This document shows positions 26,295 to 38,698 of a stretch of DNA of 64,000 nt, one piece after another. Position numbers and translations under genes: made by a program. Position 1 is the stretch's first letter, and each line of letters opens with the position of its first letter. The stretch spans positions 162,759 to 226,758 of the forward strand of contig NMRA01000568.1 in the NCBI GenBank assembly GCA_002633005.1, in the 5' to 3' direction. Origin of the DNA: Phoronis australis. Lineage: Eukaryota > Animalia > Phoronida. The notes below the pieces were generated by a model. That model saw nothing but the letters and a program-made list of their open reading frames with translations, made no database searches and was not told the origin of the DNA.

Positions 26295-28148
26295 ATACTA
26301 TTCCGACCAGTGCCGGAGTCAGACTCATAGCCACTTTTTCTAAAATAATCCCTGCTTTCGTACCTACTGTATATTTGAAACATCTGTAGGGTTAGCTTGA
26401 TGATGTGCGCACTTAGGCTTAGTGAACAGTTGTACACTGTAGGTCACTAAACCCGGCACAAACAACCATCTCAATCGGTTTATGAACATCAGCTACACAC
26501 ATCTGTGTACATAGCTTGGTTCTAGAGACATTATCAGTATGTAACACATTACCAATATGCATCCACAAGATTGTCACACAAATTGCTCTCGAGTTCGGTC
26601 ACTAGAGGCTTTTGGTGGAATCATGTCAAACTAACAATTATGTATAGGTTACTCTTTTCAGTCACGTTTGATCTATTAGTAAAAACAACATACCTTTTAT
26701 GGCAAATAAACTTATTACAGAGACGCCGAGGTAGGCGCACACTACATTGTTCGCACTGATCGCAAAAACGCGAGGAAAAAGAAACCTTGCTCTGGATAAC
26801 GAAAGCTGCCGAGTGTTACCGATCAGATTCGAAACCTCATGGAAAATTGACTCATCGGACTCCTGCATCACGTGTTTGATGCCTCGCGCACATTATTGAC
26901 ATTCACCTTTTCAAAAAAAACAAGCGCCTGAATTTGTCTGGAATGACAAAAAGCACTGGCGTGATTTATTCAGAAAACACAATGGAATATCATCATTAAA
27001 AGACCCTGGAGAACTGATACGTTGCGCACAAAGTAGACAGTGACTTACTGCTGGGTAAGGTTACTGCCACCGACAGTTGTGCCACAGTTAAGAAGAGTAA
27101 CACTTTCACTCGACCAGTTTCCCCGCGAGAGGGTTCTTGCGACAAAATTCTCGACTAAAAGGTCATATTTTTCTAATAAAATTCCCTACAAAACGTTTAG
27201 TCACTTACAAACTGCGGACATTTAAACAATCTATTGACTATACAAATTTACTGAATGCAATGATGTATATTTTTAAAGCGCACGATATCTCTACCTTTAC
27301 TGCGTCTACCTTTACTGTCTCGGGTTTCATCGTCGGGTTGAAACATCAGCTGTTCAAGACTCCCTACAGAACGGTCAGTTTCATTTAAAAATATCAATGA
27401 AGAATGAGTGTTTGTGGACCAAAACTTGATTTTGTATGTGTGACCTGCTTTTTCAAGTGCAGGACGAACAAAAACTATCAACTGCCACACAAATTTGCTT
27501 TGAGGCCTACAGTGGTTACAGACCCCTATGTCGCTATGTCTTGTTCAGTGACTATCTTACAAAAACAAGACTGCGTTTCGTGGACGTTTCTTTCTTGAAA
27601 AGCAAGATCACGCACCCCTTGCTAAGATACTGACATGTATTTTACGCGAAAGTGGTGACCACACTGCAAAGCGTAACTCGCAAATTTCTTGCGTGTGTGC
27701 ACGTGAGACAATGAAATGGTAGACTACTATTTGATGCGATTCGAGCCAAAATTCAAACAAAAGTACTTAACGGTAAGTGTGTTTGTATGTATGTTGTAGT
27801 CACCGTCGTCGTCTAATTGTGGCAACCCACAGAAAATTAAAAGTTTTGACACTGGTTGCCAGTTTGCTTTCAATTTTTTATTGTTTTCAATAAACTTTTA
27901 CATCAGGTCACAAGTTGACTAATTTTCAAGAATTTGCGCACTTGAAAGGATTTTAATTTAGCTCCCGAGGCACTTTAAGCATTTTTCAGTTTCGGTGGGC
28001 TGTATTGTTTTTTTTATTCACGTATGGTTTCGTGTTTCATAACAAAATATCTACAAGCAGGTGAGATCGTCGAAACAGTGTACACAAACTGTACCTTTTA
28101 GACAGTTAAAGAGATTATATCCTGATCCTAATAAACCCGTAAACTTAA

Positions 28149-29758
28149 AGGAGAATGCCACCCGATTTAATTAGTCTTTTTAGCGTCTTAATCGGTCTAT
28201 ATCCACGTCGGCTCTTATACGGTCGACCTCACATAGCCGAGAGGTGTCGCGTTAACCTGTAAGGAAGTTGAGAAACGACGCAGTGACGTCAGTGGTTCGT
28301 CTGCAGACTAAATACCGCTATCGTTCCTGCTTGTCCGAACGATGAAGCTGCGAAGAAAGCAGGTATATCGTTTTTTCGACTTCCTCGAGAGCCCGAAATT
28401 CTTAGGAAGTTGCTCCCCGTAGTGAAGAATGAAACGGGGTCGCTGTTAACAGCAATTTTATGGCCGTGAAACATCTCCGTGTCTGTGGCCGGTTTTTCGT
28501 CTGACGGATTCCGGCTTACCAAAGAACTATCGATACGTTCCCTTGCCTGTGCATGTTCACGGCGTCTCTATTATTTTCTGATCAGTGTATTCCGGTTCGA
28601 ACTGATAGCCTGTGAAACGTAACGATCCGACCCGTGAAGTCTTCGACGTTTGAGCTCTTGACTAAGTCGTGATTGGCGCCGGGCGAGATGCCTTGTAGAC
28701 GTTTATTATTCTGCGTTCTCTTTCAAAATGAATTATTCTCATCCTAACCAATGATTACAAAAAACTAAAACAAACTCTGTCTCATTAGATACAATTTGTA
28801 ATGCATTTGCAGTATTCGTTAGGGCAAATGTTGAGAAGCCAGCAGTGGCCACTGCTTTACCTACTGTTGATGCCGGCAATAAATGTAACTAACAGGGCCT
28901 CGAGACTGTGTGAGCGCATGCTAATTCAATGCTTGCTGACAGAAAGCTGTTGTAAAACAATTACTCGATTTTATATGCTATGGTAGCATGTAAGGGGAAT
29001 CTTTATTTAAAAATACAAATACATTATCCAAATCATTGTCCTGACGGTCTGTGGAAGGGGAACCCGACTTCGCAGCCCCCAACAAATACTGTAAGTAGAT
29101 TTCCAGTTTTGTGGCTGATTCACATAAATAATTACGTGCACATTATTTATTGGCTCACTATTATAGTATTTTCGTGACTGGAGGTTTAGTTTCCAACTCA
29201 AGCTGGTTTATGTTCGTGCCAGTCCCGGCGGCCACGACGGGCCTGATCGGGCTCCGAACCAGTGGCCGAGATGAGCGTTCTGTGTGTTTAGAACTAAAAA
29301 AACCACAAGTCTAAGCAACAGAGATTTAGGTTCTCCTGTCATTATTTCACGGAAGAATACTTCGAATTTATCTCCAAACAGACCCCAAGCTCCTGCTACG
29401 AACCTTTGTAAATTGGCCTGCCGAACTTTGTAGGCTACGGTGTGTCCAAATACCAATAAATCCGTAGCAGCGAAATAAAACAGCACGTTTATATATAAAA
29501 TCTTGGCGTGTTTTTAAGGGTTTTACATCGAAGTTTGATTTTTTAGTGGTGTTAAACGATTACTTCAAGCGATAAGCTGACACCAGTAACGCGTGTTGTG
29601 AACTGCTGAACAGACTGCGCGTGAAACCAATGACGTCATTGGATAATTTCAACACCTCCGTCTTTCTTCAGGTAACGCAACCGAATGTGCCGATATCGAG
29701 TAGAACTACTCGATCTAAATTCATACAAAATATGTTGATTTCTGGGTGTCAATCTCCT
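28149..29758. mobile_element. Kolobok-like DNA transposon (TTAA TSD, AG..CT termini), non-autonomous
   Basis: TTAA|AGGAGAATGCCACCC at the left and GGGTGTCAATCTCCT|TTAA at the right (imperfect ~15-bp TIR); contains a THAP relic. Confidence 0.8.
28310..28545 (+). pseudogene. Degenerate THAP domain
   Basis: IVPACPNDEAAKKAGISFFRLPREPEILRKLL, then in a shifted frame KHLRVCGRFF..YVP: the THAP pattern with eroded zinc ligands. Confidence 0.65.
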
Positions 29759-30607
29759 TTAATGAATTTTCTTAACATCCAACCTAGCATTTCTGGTGTT
29801 CTGAACTGGCAGGCCAGGTACATGTCTACGTTCCATAGACCCTACAGGCCTGCGAAAATGTATGATCACGCAAAACTTTGTGAGATATTGCGGCCGTGCA
29901 TTGCTACTGAAGCACACGATCCCACTAGATTTTCTTGCGAATGTCTTAGGTGAACATGTACGTAACGCAGTTCAGCTACTTACTAAGTTTGAAGCTAAGT
30001 TAATGAAACCTTGAGGCTCTCTAATTAGGTTCAAATCGTTGTTTCGAAGCTGATGTAATCCGTCCGTGTCACGGAATTGCAAATATCTCTAATTACTTCA
30101 AATTTGGGAAATTCCTTCGTAGAGCTCTCACGGAGTGACCAGGGATTACAAACCAAGGCATTATGAAGAAAACTGGATCATATATCGTAGACAACAGATT
30201 CGCAACTCCGAGATTTTCATATGATAAGTGAACAGACTGCATGAACGTACATGTACATGTAAACCGCGCTAGTACGACAGGCACTTTCAGTAATCATGAC
30301 GTTGCGGTCAATATTGCACTCCAAGCTGGCTACGGTTTGGCCCTTCTTAGGTCACTAAAAATGAAGTAAATGGGGGTGAGTCAGGTTTGACGGCATTTTT
30401 TAGAATACTGGAAGTGATCGCCACGAATGGTATTCAGTAGCCCATTGAAACTTTTTTGAGTAAACGAAGCTCTGTTCCACCTGGATACGGAACACACTCA
30501 TATTTTAGGAGGACATCATTATCAGTAGGAAATTTTTGGCGCAAACACAAGTACATTTCAGACAAATGGAAAATGACAAAAACCTTGTTAAATATGAAAT
30601 AAATATT

Positions 30608-30765
30608 GATTATTGCATGGCGAAGTCGTTATCCCCCGTTATCTAGAGTCCGAGTGGATTTTGGAGAATTATCACCCTATGGGCTAACGCCCATCTGTTG
30701 ATAATTCTACAAAATCCACGAGGGCTCTAGATAAGGGGGATAACGACTGAGAACATGTAATAATC
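30608..30765. repeat. ~158-bp imperfect palindrome (foldback element)
   Basis: Arms GATTATTGCATG..AGTCGTTATCCCCC..TTATCTAGAG..GTGGATTTTG.AGAATTATCA..ATGGGC around a TAAC loop, mirrored on the right. Confidence 0.9.
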
Positions 30766-31319
30766 TGTTTATACCACATACTAAACGAGAAACATTGCAG
30801 CGAATCGATCTACCTTTCTCGACTTGCCTCGGCTTTGTAACTACTTTCTATCTCAGAGGCCAGGGAACGGAGGTCGTGACCTTTTAAGAAAAGCCCATCT
30901 ATTTTTGTCAAATGATGCATATACTCAAAACCATTGGAAATTTAAACAAAATAGAAATGAAGTGACTCTATAAATTAAGGTTTAGCAACTATTATAGCTT
31001 ACTACACATTTTATCACGCCAAGCTTCGACCGGGAAAATATCGTCTGCTAAAGTAGGTTACCACTAGTAACTGACTATACATGTATTGATCAAGTCAAAG
31101 GATTCCAACGACACGATACCCGCATTCAAATTGGAGATCGGTGATTTTCAAGTGAGAGAACACGAGAGAAAAAGTTTCACTGAATTAAAGTATCGTTTTT
31201 ATGGAATTTATGCGTCATATTTTTCATAGCGTATAAATGTCGGTGCAATGCCCCTTGCTGAACATGCGATTGTTCCGCGTGCTCATTTAAGTATTCTATT
31301 TTCACGTTTGATGACGTCA

Positions 31320-31790
31320 GCCGCCGTGTGGTGTAGTGGTAAAGTCGGCGACTCGAAACTCTTGAGGCCTAGGCCCGGTTTCCAATCTTTTTACTCAAAA
31401 TGGAACTCGAAATTAGATTTGACATTTTCTACTCTACTTTTTGGCGAACTTAAGATAAGTGTCTATTATTTTAAGCTCGAGTACACTATTACTTATGTAG
31501 ATAATTTATTGCCCTAAGTTCATAATTTGTATACCCAATATTAAAGCAATAAGTTCGAGTTTGAACTCGAAATTTCGAGTTTTTACTCGAGTTTGTAGCA
31601 CGAATATAAGGGTCTTCAAGGGCAAACTTGAACTAGAAACTCCTATGCATAAACTATAATGTATTCGAGCCCAGTCTGATAACCAATTATCTTAAGTTCG
31701 CGCAAAAGGAGCAGAGGAATTGCCAAAAATAGTTTTGAGTTCGTTTCGAGTACAAAGATGAGAGACCGGGTCCTGGGTTCGAATCCGGCC
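31320..31790 (+). mobile_element. tRNA-like (SINE head) sequence interrupted by a MITE
   Basis: A box TGGTGTAGTGG near 31328 and B box GGTTCGAATCC at 31776. Removing 31372-31772 restores normal tRNA-like spacing. The anticodon stem does not pair, so this is not a functional tRNA. Confidence 0.7.
31372..31772. mobile_element. PIF/Harbinger-like MITE with long imperfect inverted arms
   Basis: GGCCCGGTTTCCAATCTTTTACTC..GAACTCGAAA..GCGAACTTAAGATAA mirrored by TTATCTTAAGTTCGC..TTTTGAGTTC..GAGTACAAAGATGAGAGACCGGGTC; 3-bp flanks CTA/CTG. Confidence 0.8.
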
Positions 31791-32496
31791 TCTAGTGAGA
31801 TAACTTTATGGGTTATTACACGGTTGTATCTGCCATTCGAGGCTAATATTGTGGTATAAATTTGCTTTCTTACAAGTATTTAAGTATTGCAGTCCGACTG
31901 TTTTCTATGGACAGGTGTACACTTTTGTTCTTTTGCTTCAAGCAACACCTTATAAAGTCTATATGATGGAAACTTAAGCGCAAATGGCCCTTTTCTATCT
32001 TTTTATCCTGGAATAAAGTAGTTGTACCAATAAGATTCGCTCACGCAAAGGTGCGCTTGAGAATGTACTGCCTTAGATTGACTGATATGTATTCAAAGCT
32101 ATGTAGGTCCCTAGCAAACTACATGTACGAAAACTTCATTTTCACGAAAGACGTCGTTCTAGTCGGTTGCCGACATATAGCACATCACATTTACAAAATA
32201 CCGCGAAAAACGGGTGATGAGGCTGGATCTCGAGAGATCATATCGTTTCGTATCCGCGCCAAATAAACCGCAGAAAAACGTTTCGTCATTGTTGGAATTT
32301 GAATAAGTTTTGTAGGAGTTAGGACTAAATTCTTAAAAATGGTAATTATAATTTTTGTGGATGAGAAAATCTGTAGTTTTCGACTCCTTTATGTATCAAA
32401 ATAAAGACTTATCTCCCTTGTCATGCATACTCGGAGTGTCAATGGAATCCCCTTAGTAGAATCGCGAAGAATGCGGACGATATTGGAGTACCTGTA

Positions 32497-32623
32497 GTTG
32501 GGGGAGGCAGGGGACAGTATTAGCCTGGATTTTGCCCGTCAGACATTCGCACCCCAAACTCAGTGTCAAATGGAATCTGGGAGAATTTTAGGGGGGCCTT
32601 GGCCCCCTCTAAATCCGCAACTG
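32497..32623 (-). mobile_element. CAGTGGCGGAT-family short TIR element, reverse orientation, truncated
   Basis: Ends GGCCCCCTCTAAATCCGCAACTG; interior is the reverse complement of the 23900 and 26148 copies. Confidence 0.75.
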
Positions 32624-33410
32624 GTTTCAATATAAGAACATAATATATCAACCGGTTTATCTATAAAAACGGGGCAGCCAAATGCCACACACAAAAGCTT
32701 TTCACAATTTCCAGTACTGGTACTATAAACACTCTGGCATTACAATCTGTACTACAATCAAAAATTTAATCTAAAACATCGGTAGTGACTGTCAAATATG
32801 TGACGGAAAGAAATTCCAATGCTGTCCATTGACAAAGCAGCCAGTCTGAATTTACATTGTACATGTATCTCTGCCACGGCATCCTCTTTGGACACATCTG
32901 GAACACCAGCAGTCGGCATTTCTAAGCGAATTTCAAAATCTCCCGGCAGCTTCTCTTTTGTTCCGAACAAAGTGTAAGGTGTTCTCCCCTACTTCATTTA
33001 CATGTACATACTCTGAAAAGCACAACAGCAGAACTTGAAAAGTAAAAAACATTTTGAATCCAGAATAGTCCATGATAAAAGTAAAACACGACGATATCTA
33101 ATTGTAAATTTTCACCTACTTTTATAACCTCCGATTACTTTAATAATCAAAACCTTGGAATTTAGTTACCATTGCGTGTTTTACTTTATTCATGGTCCGT
33201 ATTTTTTCAAAATACATGCATTTTTTGAGATCATCTTTATTTGCTGTGGCTTTTAGTTTTACTGATCCATTTATAACTAAATGTTTCACGGAAAAATAAC
33301 AGACTTTGAACACTTGAGAACTATGGTAATTGTGAAAAAAGATTGTTAGTGTTCAGGCACTGCGAAAGCGTCATGAATTCTTAGAAATCAAAATTATCAA
33401 GGTAACTTAC

Positions 33411-33661
33411 CTTTTTATGAAACCAGCTTCATGCTTCATAATATGTTTGTCGTCGAAGCAGCCGTCCTCAAAATGGTCGGAGCATATTTCGGCTCCGACA
33501 GATGGTTGACTCGACAATGACAATAATTTTCCAAAGACGAACAGTGCACACGAAAACGTGCCATTACGCGGCCAGGTGCTTGTTTCCTAGAATTTAAATG
33601 GGCCCACGCCTTCCACTTGGGTGGTGTTAGAACAGTTACCGCACACACACCGATGCACCAT
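33411..33661 (-). pseudogene. THAP domain exon, pseudogenised (transposon-derived)
   Basis: MVHRCVCGNCSNTT..FKF*..W..FV..EICSDHFEDGCF..AGFIK, then AG|GTAAG donor; one stop plus frameshifts. KEDAVAEI near 32870 may be the THAP-terminal AVP motif. Confidence 0.8.
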
Positions 33662-34390
33662 TACTAAAACACGCCAAGATTAAAGGTCTTTGTTCGTCGC
33701 GTACTGTGATACAATAGCTGTGAACTGCATTTTAGGATGTGATGTGGTTTGTACATGTAGGTGTTCCCTAGCACCATGTCACGTTGTCAAAGGTCAACTT
33801 TTCGGGGATTTTTTATTTCTGCTTTTTAAAAGAACTAAAGATGCAATTATAATATTACGTGTAACTTTTCCGAAGTTGTTTCCTTTTTCTACAGGTGTAT
33901 AACTGCTTTAACAATCCGATATTTGACCCGGGAATCGTGGCGTTTTATTACAATGTAATTGTGTAATAATTGCGTATTATTTTGAGGAGAAGTCTACATG
34001 TATTTGATGTTGACATAAAACTGAGCCCTTTTAGTATTCTGAAACTAATGGGAAGTCAATCAAATGGTACATGTATTTGTGAAACTGTATGAGGCGCTTG
34101 ACCACGAGTTTCGGGCGAAACCCCCTTTCTGTGAAAATTACGAGGAAGTGTACTTCACTTATTTGGGACAATTGGTTTCACAGTACCGTAATTCTCGTAA
34201 TATTTGCAGGGTGACTGTAGGTTACAACAAGTCAGCCACCAGCTTCAATGTATGTGTACGTATCAAACGATTTACAAAGATGTCTATATTTTTGAAAAGA
34301 TTCAATGACAGAGTATAATCATTTGAAGAGAGCCATTTTAGTACGGGCCTGCATTAAACAAAACACGGTAACGTCCTTAACAATAAATAT

Positions 34391-34494
34391 CACGTGTGGG
34401 CACGTGATCTGGCAATCAGTCGCAAAATACATGTACAGGTATATAAAATTGAGACGGCTCAGCAAGGACTCTATTCTGCTTCAGCAGCACCATG
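34391..34494 (+). promoter_or_regulatory. Core promoter of the Cys-module gene: two E-boxes, TATA box, Kozak ATG
   Basis: CACGTG at 34391 and 34401, TATATAAAA at 34440-34448, GCACCATG with ATG at 34492. Confidence 0.75.
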
Positions 34495-34549
34495 AAGTCG
34501 TTTGCACTACTTGCACTATTCGGCGTCTTGTCTGCCGCGGTGTGCTCAG
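34492..34549 (+). CDS. Exon 1: signal peptide MKSFALLALFGVLSAAVCS
   Basis: Met-Lys, hydrophobic core, small residues at the cleavage region; phase-1 donor CAG|GTAATA at 34550, in frame with the next exon. Not in the ORF track. Confidence 0.85.
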
Positions 34550-35334
34550 GTAATACCTGTGGAATAGAGTAACTTACATGTAGTGTTCAGACAGAATGTC
34601 TTTTGTTATTCAGTTTTGGAGTGCCTATCGAAATCGGTTCCGTTATGAGTGCCATTTCCTTGAATTGACATATGTTTGGGACCAAAAAAACACAATTGCT
34701 TCTGGTCTGTGTTTCTTAGACCAATGTACATTTGTATGTGTGAGTGTACGAAAGAGGTGAAGTGGTGTGCGAAGTTTTTCACAGCTTCAGCGGTGCACTC
34801 GACTGTACTCCTGTCGACAAGGTCGGAGAGCACTTGGCTGTAATGTCTAGTTCTTAGTAATGCCTCAACCCGTGAATGTTGACACTCAACTTTGTTAAAA
34901 ACAACCTTTTTTGAAAAGTGAGGTGCATTTTTCGAAATCAATTGTAAATCGACCAGGTCCAACAGTTCGACTTCCCTTTATTAACCTCCAGGTAAAGCTA
35001 CATCCGGGTATGATTTTTACCATAGGTTATCTTCTTTAGTGGAAACAACATTGACGCGTTACTAAATAAAGGTCTGGCTTCATAAAATAGTGAACAAAAT
35101 AATTCTATTATTAAATACCGTTTTGTCTTAATGTAACTAATGAGTAAATTTGGAAGATGATGCGTTCTTAATACATATCAGATATTTACGAATAAACACC
35201 ATTGATGAGTCAAGTTTATACTTTTGCTCATATTGACGTATTATAATTTTGTTGTAATGCTCAAAGGAATCTATGTGCAGCAATGCGCTACCGGAATATT
35301 ACTGCAAGCTTATCGCCTGTGAGTGCTATTTCAG

Positions 35335-35604
35335 TGGCATCGGCTGTCGTCAAGTGGAAAATGGCGTTGCAAGAGATCCACAGCGAAGAAGACTTGGAAG
35401 GCATCGAGGACTTTTTGAAGTGCGCAGCTAAATGCCTGGGTGAGACCGCTATGGCCATATTTAAAGACTGCAACTTCAATATGACATGCTGGAAGAAAGC
35501 AATCATGGGCCGAGCTGGCGGTCAGGCTTTCATCTGCGCAGTCAAGTGCTTCGACTTGAGGACACGAGATGCCGCACTTGTCCTTCTCGACCACAAACCT
35601 GCCG
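35335..35604 (+). CDS. Exon 2: acidic pro-region plus six-Cys module 1
   Basis: Acceptor TATTTCAG, donor CCG|GTAAGA, phase 1-1, 270 nt. EEDLEGIEDFLKCAAKCLGETAMAIFKDCNFNMTCWKKAIMGRAGGQAFICAVKCF. Confidence 0.88.
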
Positions 35605-36023
35605 GTAAGAATAAAAACTTCACGTACCGTTTTTATGCATTTTTGTTTTCAAAAAGTTAGAACTCGGACTGAGTTTCAGCAGTCGAAAGCCATAACTATA
35701 ATCATGTGCTTGCGTTTTTTGCCGGTGCAACCCAATGTCGCTCTACGGTGGCAGCCATTTTGTTGGTGCACCGTCAGAAATTCAAAACGGAACTAAAAAA
35801 GCATGCATTCATTTGTGTCTATTATAAAAAATCGACACCATGTTGTAAAGCAATCACCGGAAACAAAATCTGGATAAATTGGTGTGCCGATCAAAATTCG
35901 CTTTTTCAAGTTTGTAACCAAACTAACGAGGTTCTTTGGTTATTACCCTGTATTGCGGCAGTGTGTTACTACTCTGACTAATAGTATGTCACTGACATTT
36001 TGTGGCGGGAAATATCATTTCAG

Positions 36024-36182
36024 CCCACTGCCTGATTACGACGGAAAACCCCCCTAATTTAAAGGATATTATTGGCGAGAAAAATGATTTTCTGCGAATT
36101 CGCCCCTCCAGATTAGTACCGTAAAACCATGTGGTCGCTGTCAAATGCTTTGCAGTCAGAGCTAAATCTCAGTCAATGGTTG
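36024..36182 (+). pseudogene. Relic module exon with internal deletion and stop
   Basis: Acceptor CATTTCAG, donor G|GTAAAG, 159 nt, phase 1-1. Reads ..GEKNDFLR..*NHVVAVKCFAVR, matching both ends (DFL, AVKCF) of module 1; TAA at 36122. Confidence 0.5.
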
Positions 36183-38659
36183 GTAAAGTAATTTAAGTCT
36201 ATTTAACTGGGCCCTGGATTCAGCGAAGGTCTGACACAACGGCGATTATTGGGGATTTGTAATGAAATAACAAATACACAACGAAGTTTATTGTTTTATA
36301 ACTCTGGTCAAAGCTATCAGCGTAAAAACGTCTATCTCATTAAACAGTAATCAATAAAACGCGTTTTCGGCCGTAATAACGACAATATGTCTTTGAGATC
36401 TGCTGGTGCTCACGTTGGTTACAGTTGCAGCGCCCTCGTGTGACGAGGTTCTGACCCAGGGTGTGGAAACGTAAAAACTCTTGCCAAGCACAAAAATTCC
36501 TACCGCAGTACTTTAACCCTAGTTGCTCTCAGTCTCATATTTACTACTGACAGATGTAGTACAAGAGAGCGAGAACACATTACATGTGCGTAGTTGTGGT
36601 GAAACTGACTGAGTGTGATAATTTTGTCCATGGTAAGATTTTTCCGGTGTGTGGTAAGGGAGCACTCTCGTGCTAACAGCTGATTTCCAAAGTATGGCTC
36701 TGTACTTGCCGTACATTGTAACTAAACAGGGTTACTTTTTCCTTTCAGTCTAAAATAGTAATAATATTAATGTTTCTTTTTGCAACGGGCGTGACACTTC
36801 GGTAAAATCATTAGAAACGCGTTATACAGCAAAAGCATTTTCAGTACAAATATTCTTTCACAACCAGTTTCGTTGCACTCCCTACACATACACGACAGGT
36901 AAGTCACTGAAAAGACCATAGTTGGTGTTTCATTTTCATGTATTTGCCACGAACGCACCTGTCCACTGATTCATCTTAACTACATGTAAACTTATTATCA
37001 ATTTCGCCCAGGATTTGTAATAGAAGCAAAAAGAAATCTCAACGATGTTTCGCACTAGCAACCTCCGCATTTTATCACGAGATCGGTATTCACCAAGACT
37101 CCGTTTTGTTTGTTTCGTGGTAGACAAACAAGGTATCACACGCATGCGCACGCGAGCACGCGTACACTGGGTGTAATAAGAGCCCACCTGATGAAATTTA
37201 ATGTAGTCGTTATTAAAAAAAACAATACTTAAATAAATCGGGGTATTTAGAATTTTTCCTTGTTGGTCACTTCTAAACTTGTCTGACATTATTTTTACAT
37301 GTATGCAAATTTTCAAGGCTAATTATTTTGGTTCACTCATTTAGCGTTAAACACAAGAGAGCAAAGGAGGCGAGAAACGGCGGGGAAAGTCTTCGAGGGT
37401 TTCATAGATCCTTGCTGTTCCTCAGTCGATCGTGCTTTGATGGGAATGCGTACATTCATTTGTTTGACCGTTTGCTCATGTTTTTATAGAGTAACTCAAT
37501 TCCAAGGGGACAGCGTGCTCAGTCAATAAAATTATACAATTACAAGAAGTTTATTCGAGTCAATGAAACGATGTTAACAATGAAAATATAATATAGAAAA
37601 ATAAGATACCCACAAGAATTTACTAGTGATGTAGTTTGCTAGATCACTGCCACTTTCAAACGTTGGTCAGAACCTCATGGATATATGGTATAGTCGCTTC
37701 GGAAACAAGGGCGATGATATCAACATCTGTTTTGACGTCTGGACCGATTGTTGCGAATCGTTGATCAATGTAAAATTCAGCAGTGGTCGCTAGAGTGAGC
37801 CTTGGTCGAGAGTTATTCTATGAGAAAACCGAAAGGTTTAAGAGGTTTTTGATAAAAATCCATGCAAGTAAGTCCCTTCTATCCGGTTACCGTTGANNNN
37901 NNNNNNNNNNNNNNNNNNNNNNNNNNNNNNNNNNNNNNNNNNNNNNNNNNNNNNNNNNNNNNNNNNNNNNNNNNNNNNNNNNNNNNNNNNNNNNNNNNNN
38001 NNNNNNNNNNNNNNNNNNNNNNNNNNNNNNNNNNNNNNNNNNNNNNNNNNNNNNNNNNNNNNNNNNNNNNNNNNNNNNNNNNNNNNNNNNNNNNNNNNNN
38101 NNNNNNNNNNNNNNNNNNNNNNNNNNNNNNNNNNNNNNNNNNNNNNNNNNNNNNNNNNNNNNNNNNNNNNNNNNNNNNNNNNNNNNNNNNNNNNNNNNNN
38201 NNNNNNNNNNNNNNNNNNNNNNNNNNNNNNNNNNNNNNNNNNNNNNNNNNNNNNNNNNNNNNNNNNNNNNNNNNNNNNNNNNNNNNNNNNNNNNNNNNNN
38301 NNNNNNNNNNNNNNNNNNNNNNNNNNNNNNNNNNNNNNNNNNNNNNNNNNNNNNNNNNNNNNNNNNNNNNNNNNNNNNNNNNNNNNNNNNNNNNNNNNNN
38401 NNNNNNNNNNNNNNNNNNNNNNNNNNNNNNNNNNNNNNNNNNNNNNNNNNNNNNNNNNNNNNNNNNNNNNNNNNNNNNNNNNNNNNNNNNNNNNNNNNNN
38501 NNNNNNNNNNNNNNNNNNNNNNNNNNNNNNNNNNNNNNNNNNNNNNNNNNNNNNNNNNNNNNNNNNNNNNNNNNNNNNNNNNNNNNNNNNNNNNNNNNNN
38601 NNNNNNNNNNNNNNNNNNNNNNNNNNNNNNNNNGCAAATGCTTCCAACCCGACAAAATG

Positions 38660-38698
38660 TTGGGCCCCCCCCCTTGTGATATCCTAGATCCGCCACTG
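38660..38698 (+). repeat. 3' end of a CAGTGGCGGAT-family element next to a gap
   Basis: CCCCCCCTTGTGATATCCTAGATCCGCCACTG. Confidence 0.6.

Noticed and set aside
31320-31790. Functional tRNA gene with an intron
   Set aside because: Anticodon stem is unpaired, and the insert is a MITE at a non-canonical intron position.
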